Shown: piece by piece, positions 11,475-24,280 of the stretch
Layout of the letters: the number at the start of each line of letters is the position of its first letter
Numbering within the stretch: position 1 is the stretch's first letter
Assembly (NCBI GenBank): GCA_001600815.1
Contig: BCKZ01000026.1
Span: 62,001-126,000 of the forward strand
Source: Alloascoidea hylecoeti
Taxonomy: Eukaryota
Length of the DNA stretch: 64,000 nucleotides
Direction of reading: 5' to 3'
Made by a program: the position numbers and the translations under genes
The notes under the pieces: generated by a model
Seen by the model: the letters and a program-made list of their open reading frames with translations, nothing else
What the model was told of the DNA's origin: nothing
Database searches by the model: none

Positions 11475-12899
11475 TGTAAATATTAATGTGAGTAATGTAA
11501 GGCTTAGGTATTTAATTGATTGTAGTTATAAAAATACTTATATAGAAACCCTATAATTATAGAAACAACTTGAGTCCTAACACTGCGTAAATGTAGGTTT
11601 GTGTTAAATATGAACCCTGTAAGCTCTAACGCTCAATAATCTATGATCGGATTGGGAAGTCGTACTTGGACACACAAAGGTTCTACCTCTCTCAAATTAG
11701 GTAGAAAATTCAATCAAACAAGTCTAATCGCTCAAAATATTGCTCAGATTGTTTATGATAATTGTCTTATTAGAAGACTGAGTCGACTGTATAGAGCACT
11801 TCTTTCCCGGAACTTTCTGCTGGAACATTAAGGGCCAAGAGCTGAGCATCGACTTTTATGGTGGTGACTTCCAACTTTTATAATTGATCGCACCATCTTT
11901 AAGTTGTATAAACCTTAATAATTCATTTTCCCTACAATAGTAAAATCTGTAACAAGAAGAAAAAATTGTTGAGGTTGAGGCACCTAATAAGATAAAGTGC
12001 AATCGGGATATAATTCTAAATTCCTATAAACATTATAGCTAAAATTAAATAGTTCTAGACTTGTGTGTATAATAACATGTAAGTATACTGGTCGATGGCA
12101 TAGTACTTGTACCACAACATTGTTCTGTTGCAACCATGAATCATAAAACCAACAACAAATGTAAATTATTATAAATACTATTAGTAGAATCTACTTAATA
12201 TGATTATTCTGATAATATTTGTTGAGTATTTTCTCTTCATAATTTTGTCTGTTGTGTGTGAAAATTTCTAAAATTAAGTTCTCACTAGATCCAATCTTTT
12301 CACATACATTTTTCTTTGTTATCTCTGAAGAACTATGTGAAATCAGGACTTTACCTCATATGGATGAATTCCACTTTGAATAGTTTTTAAATGATCTTCG
12401 AAAGACTGTGGTGGAACATAGAACTGATAAAGTCTCCTGCAAGATATTTATCCTAGTGCATAAACATCAGATAACTCATTTATTTTCAATTTTTCCAGCC
12501 ATCCTTCGTGAGCTTCCTTTTATCCTGTGGATTTATATCTGTCAGGTAAATCTTCATATAAAATGAATTTTCCTCAATTTTTTTGGTCTCTTCTACATCT
12601 TTTTCGCCTACCTAAACTTCTTCGAACTTTGATAATCGATGGGAACTGGATCTTCTGGAAATTAGAAGGATGTGTATCCTGATTGTTTGTGTTAACGCTC
12701 AATTAAATATTTTTAGGGGTTTAATCTTCAGCGCTTTCTTTCTAGTATATTTTAATGGAATCCTTTTTTTTTTGAGGCTGGTGGTTGATGTGGTTTGTTA
12801 CAAGCTCTTTGTGGTCGATCTCTTTCAACTTCTTTTTTAGAGGATCAAAGCATGAACTCTCAGAATTTTGGTTTTAGGAGCGTTGGGAAAATCAGAGGA

Positions 12900-13400
12900 C
12901 AGAAATCGTTTATTCATTTCCTCTGTAACACTTAATTGTAAGCTTGTTTTATCAAGGGCCCAAATATGAGAATTTTGTGATGTTGTTTTGGAAGCTTCCC
13001 CAAATAAAGCGTACGTAAACCATTCGTGAAGATATTATGGATCCTTGCTTAAAAATACGCATCAAGATTTCTGGTTTTTTTAATAGAAAAGGGTAGAGTG
13101 TCTTGCAGTGACCAGTAAATCATAGAACAATATAATACTTTGTTATCGCGTTACTTGTTGATAATTTTTGAGACAGATCTTTTTTGCTCCACAATCATGA
13201 TCATCTCATCAACAGGATCACTAAAACGCTCTAGATTAGCGCTAAACCCATTTTAACACAAAAAAGAGTCTCCAAACGAACCTATGGTTTTAATTTGGTG
13301 GGAGTCTTGACCTGATAATTTACCGTAAAAGTAATCGTAAAGGATCGATTTTGAGATACCCAATTTGTTGGTAACTTTCACAAGCGAGAGATTATAAACT
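12900..13400 (-). mobile_element. Degenerate pogo/Fot1-like (Tc1/mariner superfamily) DNA transposase relic
   Basis: Minus strand from 13387: SLVKVTNKLGISKSILYDYFYGKLSGQDSHQ (HTH_psq-like). Then YLHEWFTY (~13011-13034) and NSHIWALDKTSLQLSV (~12926-12973), similar to the IWNMDETGFQLG first-Asp motif. Broken by stops and frameshifts. Confidence 0.6.
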
Positions 13401-16400
13401 TTATAGATGCTACAGCTGTACTACCCTTTTATTTACCTAGGCTTAATAAACATTCTTATTCTTCTCAAAACTCATCTGCTGTAAAACCTTTAAGCTTGGT
13501 AGAGTTATTCTTTTATTAAATCTCCAGTAAACATTTGTTATTTACTGATTGCTTCATATATCTATACTGATTAACATTAATCAAATTATGCAAATTTTTA
13601 TACATATTAATTAGTTTTTTTAACCAGGGTATACTCTAATTCCGATCAATTTTGTTTTTCTTAATCACACCAATAATTCTTTTCATTGGCGCTATAGCAA
13701 TACATTTAAATTTACAGTAAGATTACAATATTTATTTGAGTTTTTTTAAGGAACTGAAGAATTCATTATTATGAAAAAGTCTAATTATAGTTTATTTATC
13801 AATAATCAACCTTTTTAAATAATAAACTCTGTTAAACTGCTGGCATTTTCAATGTGAACATTTAATCTTTTATGTCAACAGTGGGTTCAAACTTCGGATA
13901 TATGGCCTCAAAGTCATTCGATGTCTAAAAATAACTATTTGCTACTTGGATTTGAAGATTGGTTTATGGTTACTTAAAATAATTAGTTTTATATTTACAC
14001 TCCTTTTGCAAAAGAAGCAGGATGATTATGATAAAAAAAACTTAAGTTTTAAAAGTATATTAGAGATTTCCTGGACCTCAACAAGTAAATTTGTTCAAGA
14101 GAATTGCAAGGCAAGTTATACTATCATCGATATATTTACACTAACAGTACACATTGGATTTTGATAATAGGAAATTTTCATTTTCGTTTCCTAGTTCTAG
14201 CTGGTATCCTCCCCGTATCTACTGTTTTACTTGTTAATAGATCTAGAGAAACAATTTTCTTGGATATATAACTATAATGTTAAAGAGATCCAATGAAGGA
14301 AATAAGGTATTTACACAAACTCGTTTCAGCACGCTATAATTCTAGCTATACAAGTTATTGATATTAGAAGTTATTAATTATAGATATTGATTTTTAACAT
14401 GACTAATTTGAAAATCCTTTAACAAAAATAAGCTTAAAAACCTACTAGAGAGGTCATAAAAGCTTAGGTTTGTGATACTTCATATTTATCATTTTCATAA
14501 GAAAATGTTAAACTTGAGAATTTATAATTTTTATTAAAAATCATATTCATGAAAGAACCAACTGCAGATCTCAAATAATATTATTAATATTATTAATATT
14601 GATGACAACGCAATGCTCACAACAGCTGCAGATGCCATTTCCATTAACATTGTATTATCATTGTATAATAATTCACAGTCAACTTTGGATCATGAACTCG
14701 AGAATGGTACCTAAAAGATATTCCTATTCTATATGTTTATGTTTAACCAATTTAATTCTAGAACTCAAGAGAACACAACTTGAAGACCGAGTTACATATC
14801 TTTCAATTGACTAAGTCACCTAAGTGGTTTAAAACATTTTGGTTCTGTCTTTTTAGGGAATAAATTTTGATCCGTTCGAGGTCGGTTCCACATTAAACCT
14901 TAATTAATTTTTAATATAGTAGTGAGCTTGAGTTTTCTACGTTTGTCAATATTACCAGGTACAAATTTGTACAATAGAAGATGCATGACCCAAATATTAT
15001 TTCTCTTAGCTTTCTGAAAGCTGTGTATAATTTACTGGTTGTATTATGATTTTAGAGTAACACCTATTTGTGGGCTCATTTATTATGTCAAGGGAATGTG
15101 GTATAATATTTAATATTCGCAATACGAGAGTATCGAGTAGGTGATTTAACCGTTTGACTGATTCTATACAATGTAATGTAAACAAAAGAGCTGATAGATC
15201 AATGTAACATCACAATAAAGAACATGCAAATGAAATAAGTGGGGCAGGGCTCAACATATCATATTTTAGATCAACTTTTACAGGTTAAAATATAGTATGA
15301 ATAAAAGGCTTTTCAATTACACGTTTAACATTTTCATTGAACTTCATTCTATTCTACTATCAATTGAAATGACAGAATTCCGATAAGTTGTCTTCATTCT
15401 CGGCGCTCTCTCTTCCATAGTCAGCAATTGGGTATACGAAGAAGATCAAACCTTGAAAATTCCAACAGTTAAGTCATGGATTTCATGCCAGATGATTTAC
15501 ATTCAACCATTGGTCCATTTAATATTGCCTGTCAAATGTGCAAAACTGAAATCTGAAACAGGAGAATAACATGAGTGAGTATGTTATTAATTTATTCTAC
15601 GGGTTAATACGAGTCTTCTCAAACATTAGATTACCAAATGATTAGTTCGCAATTGCTCATTGTGAAGAATGCAGGAACCAGTATGCCATCATTTTCTGCC
15701 TTTTGTCCCTTGCACGGGCAGTGGAAAATGTCAATTCATATTGCGATTTTTGGTTTGTTTCCACATACGTATAGGTTTTAGGTAAAGCTGAGACACAATG
15801 TCCTAGCATAATAGATGCTTTTAAATGATAAAATATGTCAATTGTGTGACTGTAGAAGATATCAAAAATGAGGCTACAACTGTATACAAATACTTGCAAT
15901 TGGCGATTGTTTGCTTGAGAGGTACGAATCATAACCGTTTTCATATATGATTCTTGGAGTTTTAATGTACCTGAACCCTTGAGGAGGTTTGCATGAAAAT
16001 GCTGCAATTGACAGCTTGAATTAGCAGTTGATCATCTTTGTCTCATTCAATTGTAGCTAACCATCAATATCATCGACATTGAAATGTTGATTGTGCCAAC
16101 TTGCATTAATTCCCGATTACAATATTATAATGTTGATGTTAATGCAATGTTAGCTTTTGATAGTACTAGTAATATTAATATACGTCAAACTTAAGGTAAA
16201 ATAAATACATAGAAATACACTAAAATATTATAAAACATTACGTTTCAAAAGACCAATTGCTAATTGCTAATTACTAACTACATAATCATGAAGATTAATA
16301 TCGCATTTAAAGGGGATCTTGGGCGGGAAGTCAGGGATGATAGTATTATTAGGCGTGAATGATTGGTATACCCGAAGTCAGATAATCCGCTCTCGAGAAA

Positions 16401-16832
16401 GGATCCCAACCAACTGAATGGTATAATGTTTTTCATTTCGTCCAATGGCAGAAGCTCACTTAATTAGAAAGAAGAAATATTTAATTTTTATCCGAAACAT
16501 AGAGAAATAATATGACACATGAATATATTCGCACAGGGATAAGATTAAAATCCGATTAATTATATTCCAGTTGGACACTTTATTATAATTTCCTCATATT
16601 TTAAATCCATATTGTCTAGAATTTGGTATATATTTCGTGGTATTTTCTTCCTTTTCCTCCAAAAGTATTCCAGCTCCCTAACATCCGTACACCCTCATTT
16701 TTGTGTTTTTCGTTTCAAGAGTTATTATCTCCAATAATATCAAAAGATTTCAAACATTTTGACGTGAACTCAGAAGAAGGAAACCTCGTTCAACAACAGG
16801 ATTATTTTACTATTATTTTTTGTTCAATTTCA

Positions 16833-19080
16833 ATGAGTCTTCCTCCCCGTGTAGATCAAGGTTATGCTCAGCAGGGCACTTCGTTATCAAATATTCCTTC
16901 AAGGAGACATTCAAAAACAAACTCTCGTTCATCAGATTCAAATATCAATGGCAATGGTGCTGATATCCAAAATAATTCTCAAAATGCCCAGAATATTAAC
17001 ACGGTGAATCTTCCAAAGTCTGGATCTGCTTCGACTACTGGTGGTGGTTCTACCGACTTTGTAAGTCCAAATTTCATATTTCATTTCATTTAATTTTATC
17101 CACTTGTTTGCTTATTTATTTATTTACCTATTCATTTACTTATTCATTTACTTATTCATTTACTTATTCCTTCACTTATTTATTTATATGCCTGCTATCT
17201 TTCAATATCATTATCATTATCATCGTTGCTCTTATCATGCTTGATTCTTTTTTCTTTTTTTTGCCCATTACTAACTATTGTCTCATTATTTTAGGTTAAA
17301 AAACTTTTCACGTATGTCTTATATCAAAAACATCAAGAAACTATTCCTGTATTCCTGGATACTATATCTTAATGATATAGTTTTAAAGCTCATATCTTTG
17401 TTCTTTATCTTCATGATCAGTTTCATTTATTTAATCTGCAATATATGATGCATATACAGAAACTAACATTTTCCTATTCTTCATCATAGTATGCTAGAAG
17501 ACAACTCTTATAAAGATATTGTTAGATGGACGATTAGTGGTGACAGCTTTGTTGTCGTCGACGTAAGTTTTTTTCTTTTTATTGCTTGGATTGTATATAT
17601 TAAATATGAAAAGACCCTTGAACTAATCGATGTACCAATTATGTACTAGACAAATGAATTTACAAAAGAGATACTGCCCCGTCATTTCAAACATAGTAAT
17701 TTTGCTAGTTTTGTTCGGCAGTTAAATAAATATGATTTCCATAAGGTTAAAGTGTCAAATGATGAAAAACAAAATAATATATATGGTGAAACTGCTTGGG
17801 AATTTAAACATCCTGATTTTCGAGTAAATAGTAGAGACTCCCTTGATAATATCAAACGAAAAGGTCCAACTCAGAAAAAAATCAATGAAGATCATAGTCA
17901 AGAATTATTAAACAATTTACAGAATGAAGTTAAAACGTTAAAAGCCCAAAATAAGCAAATGAATGAAAAATTGAAAAATCTTTCATCTGATTATAAAAAT
18001 GTCGTTGATAGTTTGATACAAATGAAAAACGCTAATGATCAATATGATGATACATTAAAATTAATCATGAAGCAAATGTCTGTTCATGGGATTCCTGTTC
18101 CTACTCCGTCAGAAGCGGATTTAAGAAGTGTGTCTCAACTACCAAATTTACAATTACCTTCCTTGAATGTGGGAAACTCAATCCAACCTCCAGCAGGTCC
18201 TCAAAACTTAGTTCAGCAATCCCAACCAGATTCTTTAGTTCAAACCCCAGTTGGAATACAAGACCCTATGATGTCTTTAACTACAGGCCATCAACAGAAT
18301 GGTTCTAATGGTGGAATGTATCAACCCATTGGAACGCAAGTTGGGAGCGGAATTGTTGTAGCTGCCGCCGCTGCTGCTGCTGCTCAACAGTCTGCACCGC
18401 AGGTCCTTGGGCCTGAAATATTAACCAACCAACCAGGAACTTCTACTGTTACGGCAACTTCTAATGATATTTCCAATATTATTTCTGGTGTACCCCCTAG
18501 TAATTTTCATGTTCTATTAGTTGAAGATGATCAAGTTTGTATTCAACTTTGTCGCCAATTCTTGATGAAATATGGATGTACAGTTGAAGTTGTATCTGAT
18601 GGTTTATCTGCAATTAGTCTTGTTGAGAAAGTCAAATATGATTTGGTTTTAATGGATATTGTGATGCCAAATCTTGACGGTGCAAGCGCAACATCAATAA
18701 TTAGAAGTTTTGATAGAACCACTCCAATAATTGCTATGACAGGTAATATTCAAGACGCTGATCTCGTTGCTTATTTACAACATGGTATGAGTGATTTATT
18801 AGCAAAGCCTTTTTCAAAAGGTGATTTATATAGTATTTTGGAAAAATATTTGATTAAAAGGAAAATCATTCAGAATTCTGAACAAAATGGTCAAACTTCT
18901 AGTACAACTTCAAGCGGTTCCATATCTTCACTTCAAGTTCCTGCTACTCTAGCTATTCCAACCTCTTTGACTCAGACAGTCACTTCTGGTACTGGGTTAA
19001 CTCCAATGGGATCTGTGGTTACTCAAACTTTAGAACCCCAGACTGATGATATAGCTATAAAGAAGCAAAGGACGAATTAG
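16833..19080 (+). CDS. SKN7: HSF-type DNA-binding + receiver-domain response regulator Skn7; 4 exons 16833-17060, 17295-17311, 17490-17562, 17650-19080 (582 aa)
   Basis: Splicing at GTAAGT/GTATGT/GTAAGT...TAG, with branch sites TACTAAC/AACTAAC/AACTAAT, restores STDFVKKLFTMLEDNSYKDIVRW...[39 protein letters not shown]. Receiver domain VLLVEDD...VLMDIVMPNLDG...LAKPF. Confidence 0.93.
17128..17182. repeat. 12-bp tandem repeat (TATTCATTTACT), about 4 copies, inside SKN7 intron 1
   Basis: Directly visible; gives the spurious YSFT ORF. Confidence 0.8.
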
Positions 19081-20305
19081 TTTTCTAAATTCCTCTTTAT
19101 ACTATGTATTATTTATGAAGGTGATAATTAAAATAAAAATGAAAGATTACACAATGGTCATTAAATTTAGGTTAAAAAAAAATTAAACATTATATTATCA
19201 ATAGGGATTTATTGATTGGTCTGGTGGTGTGTCTTCACAAAAAACAAAAAAAAGTTTTCGGGAATGGAAATATAAAAAAAAATGGGGTTATGATAGAATT
19301 GAAATGCTTTGTATACTTTATTTACTTGTTTTGATTAATGTCTTTACAAAAGTCCTACATTTTGGAACAAAATATATACTTCAAATGGTTGTCTATATTT
19401 ATATTTTTTTTTACTCCTTCTATTAACTCGATACAACTCTTACGTATTTTTTTCTCTTTCTTTATTCTCTTATTTTTTATTTCTTTTTCTGCTTAGCAAA
19501 TTATGGTTAGCCTTCATTGCACCTACTATCTTGGATTATGCATTAAAACTTTTTTCTCTTTTCTGTTATTTATTTTCATACCATCCAGCCTTCAGTACTA
19601 TATAGCAAGTATTATTTATATTAATTTCATACATCTGTTTATTTTCACTTCTACTTACACATATTTTTTTTCCCTTTTCCCCTTTCCCTTTTTACCATTC
19701 TTTAACATTAGTTCATTGATATTGATTATTAAATGAGTTGTGACTTTTTTTTCTATTATTTTTTTTTCTTTCTCTACTTTCTACGTTAATGCTTCTCGGT
19801 AATGCTTCTCGGTAATGCATTGATTTCAATGTATCATCTGTAGAACTTCTCATGAGGATGAATATTTTATTTATGGTGGTGACTATTGGGGCAAATTTTC
19901 TTTTCTCTTTTTTTTTTTTCTAATTTGGAATATTTTTAAATTATTGTTAATCATGAATTCGAATGAATATACTATTTGTTAAATCCGTTCTTTTAAATTT
20001 ATAATGACTATAAAAAATAATGAAGTAAGTTAAACATAATTATAACTATAACTTATACTTTAAAATTTGGTTGTATATTTTTTGCAATTACACATCTCTT
20101 AATTTACTATTGTATAATTACTATATATTTTATGTCTTTCATCATCATATCTTATATATAATATTTTATAATTAATACCCTTATATTAAGCTTTTTTTGA
20201 TTTATTTTAAATTAGATTCTAATTTAATTATAATGTATCAAGGCCATTTAAGAAATGAGTAATTGTTATAATTGTTTTTATATTGTAAGGTATATTAATT
20301 GTAAA

Positions 20306-22057
20306 TTATTCGTTAATGCTGGAAAGATCAACTTTTTCTTCGAATCTTACAGACTTTCTTCGTGTTCTTTCACCTGTTTTAGGTATAATGATATCGTCAC
20401 CAACAATTAAAAAGTCTCCGCTGTCATGGTGACGATGCTTAAAAGTACTATTAATCTTAGAAGTAGAAGGTGGCAATTCATCATCATTTTCATGTTCATT
20501 TACATTTTCATTACCAATGACGTTGTTACCTTCATGTTCCTTTTTGGTTTCTATTGCATCAATATTATTATCCTTTGATTGTTCATCATTAACATTAACA
20601 TTATCTCCATTTTTATTATTTTTTGACTTTGATTTTGATTTTCTATTTTTTTTATTTTTTTTACTTGGTGTTATTAATTCTTTAATTCCTTTATCAATAT
20701 CTTCAGTTGATAATTTTTCCAATTTTTCTTCTTTTTTACATCTTTTACAAGTACAATTAAAACCCCAATTTATTCTTAATGCTGATCTTCTTTCATTTAA
20801 TGATAATTTCTCATTAACATAACTTGTTGTTAATTCTTCACTTGGTTTAATTTCTCGTTTTGCAAATACTTTAATACCAAGAGTTCTTCCAATAAATTGA
20901 ACATCAACATTTGGTTCACAATTATGATTTAAATGAGATTGAATTAAATAAATTGATCCATCAATATTATTAATATTGAATGTACCTAATCCATACATAT
21001 AATCATTATAAGAAACTCTTGAACCATCTTTTAAGATGAAAATTTTTGTGAAAAGTTCATAACCTTTTATCCAAAGTTGTTCTTGTTGTTCTTGAATAAA
21101 TAAAGCACCACCTCCATCAGTATCAAAAGTATCACTATTGTTATTACCTAAAGCTTTATATCTTATATCTTGTCTTACTCTTGCCATTGCTTTAAATTGC
21201 TTTTCCAAAATACCTGTCGGATCTTTAATTATTGTAGCATATATCACAGCCAATGCAAAAGCGGCGTTCCATTGATTTTCTAAACAATACTCTTCGTATT
21301 TTTTCCAACTTTCTGAATCAATATTTAAATTTTTGGATAATTTAGTTTTATGCAATTGAATATGGCTAACATCAGCATGAATAGAATCTTTCTTCTTACA
21401 TTTCATTGAACACCATCTTTCTGGGCATGAGGAACAATCCAACTCCACTTTAATAATCTTAGTTTGCAATGGTTTTGAACAATAAGCACATGCCATACCT
21501 TTACGAATTAAAGGAACATGATCCAATGGAGGAATAAGAATAAAAGCATGTTCACTCCATAATAAATCTTTTGGAGAAGTCGGTTTTTTACCCTCATAAA
21601 ATAAACATTTTCCTCTACTTTTAGTCATTGTAATAGCAACATTTGTAGGAGGTTCAAGAAATGGAGTTTCCGTTGAAGTAATCTGATTCGCGTAATAAAA
21701 ATTTGGAGCATTTAATTGTAATCCATTATTTTTCAAAATTGTTTTTAGTCTTTTTTCGGAAATTGTCCAAGTTGGTTGTTCATTTTTCAACAATTGGTGT
21801 AGTTTTGCATTACCGAGAGATTCGTTGGAAGGGTCCAATTTCCATAGTTTAATGATTTCATTCATGACTTGTCTCTCATGGGGGATAATTGGTTCCGTTG
21901 AGATCGATGTTGGTGGAGATGTAGAAATAGCGCTTGTTTTGTCGACAATTGCATCATCATTTAACACGGAGAGATCGTGCTGATGATGATGAGCAGGTGG
22001 ATGTTCTTTGGCTAATTCCACTTCATCTTTTGCGATGTTGGAGGTTTTTATTGGCAT
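20306..22057 (-). CDS. SET5: SET/MYND (SMYD-type) lysine methyltransferase Set5
   Basis: CAYC...CSSC...RWCSMKC MYND-like finger, SHLNHNCEPN, EELTTSY, post-SET CTCKRC; convergent with SKN7 as in S. cerevisiae. Confidence 0.9.
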   Translation of the reverse strand: MPIKTSNIAKDEVELAKEHPPAHHHQHDLSVLNDDAIVDKTSAISTSPPTSISTEPIIPHERQVMNEIIKLWKLDPSNESLGNAKLHQLLKNEQPTWTISEKRLKTILKNNGLQLNAPNFYYANQITSTETPFLEPPTNVAITMTKSRGKCLFYEGKKPTSPKDLLWSEHAFILIPPLDHVPLIRKGMACAYCSKPLQTKIIKVELDCSSCPERWCSMKCKKKDSIHADVSHIQLHKTKLSKNLNIDSESWKKYEEYCLENQWNAAFALAVIYATIIKDPTGILEKQFKAMARVRQDIRYKALGNNNSDTFDTDGGGALFIQEQQEQLWIKGYELFTKIFILKDGSRVSYNDYMYGLGTFNINNIDGSIYLIQSHLNHNCEPNVDVQFIGRTLGIKVFAKREIKPSEELTTSYVNEKLSLNERRSALRINWGFNCTCKRCKKEEKLEKLSTEDIDKGIKELITPSKKNKKNRKSKSKSKNNKNGDNVNVNDEQSKDNNIDAIETKKEHEGNNVIGNENVNEHENDDELPPSTSKINSTFKHRHHDSGDFLIVGDDIIIPKTGERTRRKSVRFEEKVDLSSINE

Positions 22058-22512
22058 GGAAGTTCAAAATGTATCAGTCGTCGGGAATTGCGATTGATTT
22101 GGTGAAAATTTGCAAAAGAAAACTAAAATATATTAGTTCAAAAGTAAACCTCTTTCTTTACAACAACAGCAATTTATATTGCAACACCTGTAAATACTGT
22201 AAATACTGTAAAGTGAGTAAATGATACATCACAGAAAATTGTAATCGTTCACATTTCGTTTCCTAGACATTTCTACCCCGATCCCATAGAAATGTATATT
22301 TGCATATCAGATTAAAGAATAAAGCCGAATTTTAAGATCTGAAGGATCAAAACATCAAACCCTCCAAAGAAACCTTTAAAGCCCTTAGGACCCTCCAAAA
22401 ACTCCCTTCAAATGATCCAATGATCCCAATTGTAAAGATCATGATGTGTCATCCTTACATACATAGACTACGTAAACTTCTAATCAGACTCCACATATCT
22501 ATCTACACCATC

Positions 22513-22995
22513 ATGGACATATACTTCCCGCTTTTCAACGTCGCCATCTTCATTGCGGAGATAATAGTTTTGATTTTCGATATCAAAGTAAACTGGGCTT
22601 TATTGAAAACTGTCGATGTTTCTGTGGCACTTCCCTCAGATCCTCCAGTTGCCGTTGGAAACTCGGAAAATGAAGAACCGGAACCAATAAAAACTGCTGA
22701 AGAACTAGAAGCTGAACGTCAAAAGATATTAAAACTGAATAAAACCACCAGAAAACTTGTTCTTGTAACCCATTTCATTTGTTTGGTCATCTTGGCATTA
22801 TTCACTGTTGCACAAGGTCTCTCATGGTATAGTATTGTCTATAAACGAGAGTTGGGCATTATAAAAGTTTTACACTTTGATTGGAGATTGATCGCTATTC
22901 CTATTGCTCATTTATGGAGTGTTTTGAGCAAGAGAAAAGATGTTGAGTTCTATAAGAAACGTCAAGGAGAAGTTAATCTCAAGAAGACTCAGTAG
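22513..22995 (+). CDS. Hypothetical small membrane protein (~160 aa, 2-3 hydrophobic segments)
   Basis: MDIYFPLFNVAIFIAEIIVLIF... and LVLVTHFICLVILALFTVAQG. ATG 22513 preferred over the ORF-track start (22420); coding-like composition. Confidence 0.55.
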   Translation: MDIYFPLFNVAIFIAEIIVLIFDIKVNWALLKTVDVSVALPSDPPVAVGNSENEEPEPIKTAEELEAERQKILKLNKTTRKLVLVTHFICLVILALFTVAQGLSWYSIVYKRELGIIKVLHFDWRLIAIPIAHLWSVLSKRKDVEFYKKRQGEVNLKKTQ

Positions 22996-24280
22996 AATTC
23001 TTGATCAATATTATGTTCTAAATAACTACTTTAGCCTCTACCATAACTATCGATACTAATTATAATATGATCTATCACCTATAAGGTAAGTTTTGTGAGC
23101 TCGTCAGACTCCAGAGAGAATCATCTCGGCCGAAGGACGCCATGGCCAAATGCATGTAAAATCTTTAACAAAAAATGCTACCAGATTCTCCTGCATCTCA
23201 CCAAAGATGAGAGTACCTTTTTATAAATAATTTTGTTAATTTTTTAAAATGTGCTCGCGGTTGTTACGGAACGTACCCTATAAGCTTACATTAAAAATTG
23301 AGACTCCAGGCGAGTCCAAGTAGAAAAGTCTTCAATTATATTAAACCCCATAAAATCGCTGAACTGTTGCAAACTTGCAATGAAGTTAACTAGGCTTGAT
23401 ACATACCTTTTGTTGTTCTAGAATCGGTTAAATCTATAAAAGGGATTGTGTGGAACTGAACTAAATGTTTAAATATGTCAAATCAAATGCAATGGGCTTC
23501 GGAAAAAAAACTACGAGATGCTGGATGTTGAACGGCGAAGGACGCCGAGTGAGGGTCATTATGTCGGCATCAAATATCAAACATACACCGCGGATAATAA
23601 TTATATTGATTTTATTTTACTGTTCTGATCAATTATGTAATTATTAACTCCATTGGTTTTATACTCTATCGTGATAAAGATAGTAGATTACCTTACTTAT
23701 AAGAGATAATCAATAAAACCTATCTAGACCAAAAAGAAATCAGTTCAACAACAATACATCAGGATCAAATTAATTTAAATGACATATGTTAATATAGAAA
23801 GAATTATTTTTGTGGATTTATGGTATTAAATATCTACTGGCTGGTAGAAATTTTATAATTTTATAATTTTATTTTTGATAAAATGTATTGTTCATAAAGC
23901 TTTTTATATTTCTCGAGATTCTTTTAGCCTTATAAAACATTTTTACATACAAAATAATTAATTAGATGAGAGCTTCCTCGATAGGCTAATGCGAATCTAA
24001 TCCAACATAATAATAAGAAAGAGTGACAATTAACCATTTAAATCCAATATTATAAATATCATTGATTACCATGATCTTCGCATGATTTTGTTTTCGCTAT
24101 CATGTATGATATATGTATCTATCTGATTAAAGAACCCATATTCACACACATGGTATTATATGCTTTTAACTTATAAACTTCTATATTTATGGGTGAATTT
24201 CCGCTCATATTTAGTTTTAAATTCTTTGATAAGAAACATTTTTGAATTTCCTACAAGTTCAGCTATTCAATTTAACAGAT

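Noticed and set aside
11815..11875. FCWNIKG and GGDF, resembling LINE APE endonuclease motifs
   Set aside because: Motifs are about 8 codons apart instead of >100; could be chance or a heavily deleted relic, so not supportable.
16623..17299. ORFs 16623-17093 and 17108-17299 as separate genes
   Set aside because: The first is SKN7 exon 1 plus flanks; the second is intron repeat sequence.
19787..19818. 13-bp tandem duplication TAATGCTTCTCGG
   Set aside because: Only about 2.4 copies with no spacers; simple slippage, not CRISPR-like.
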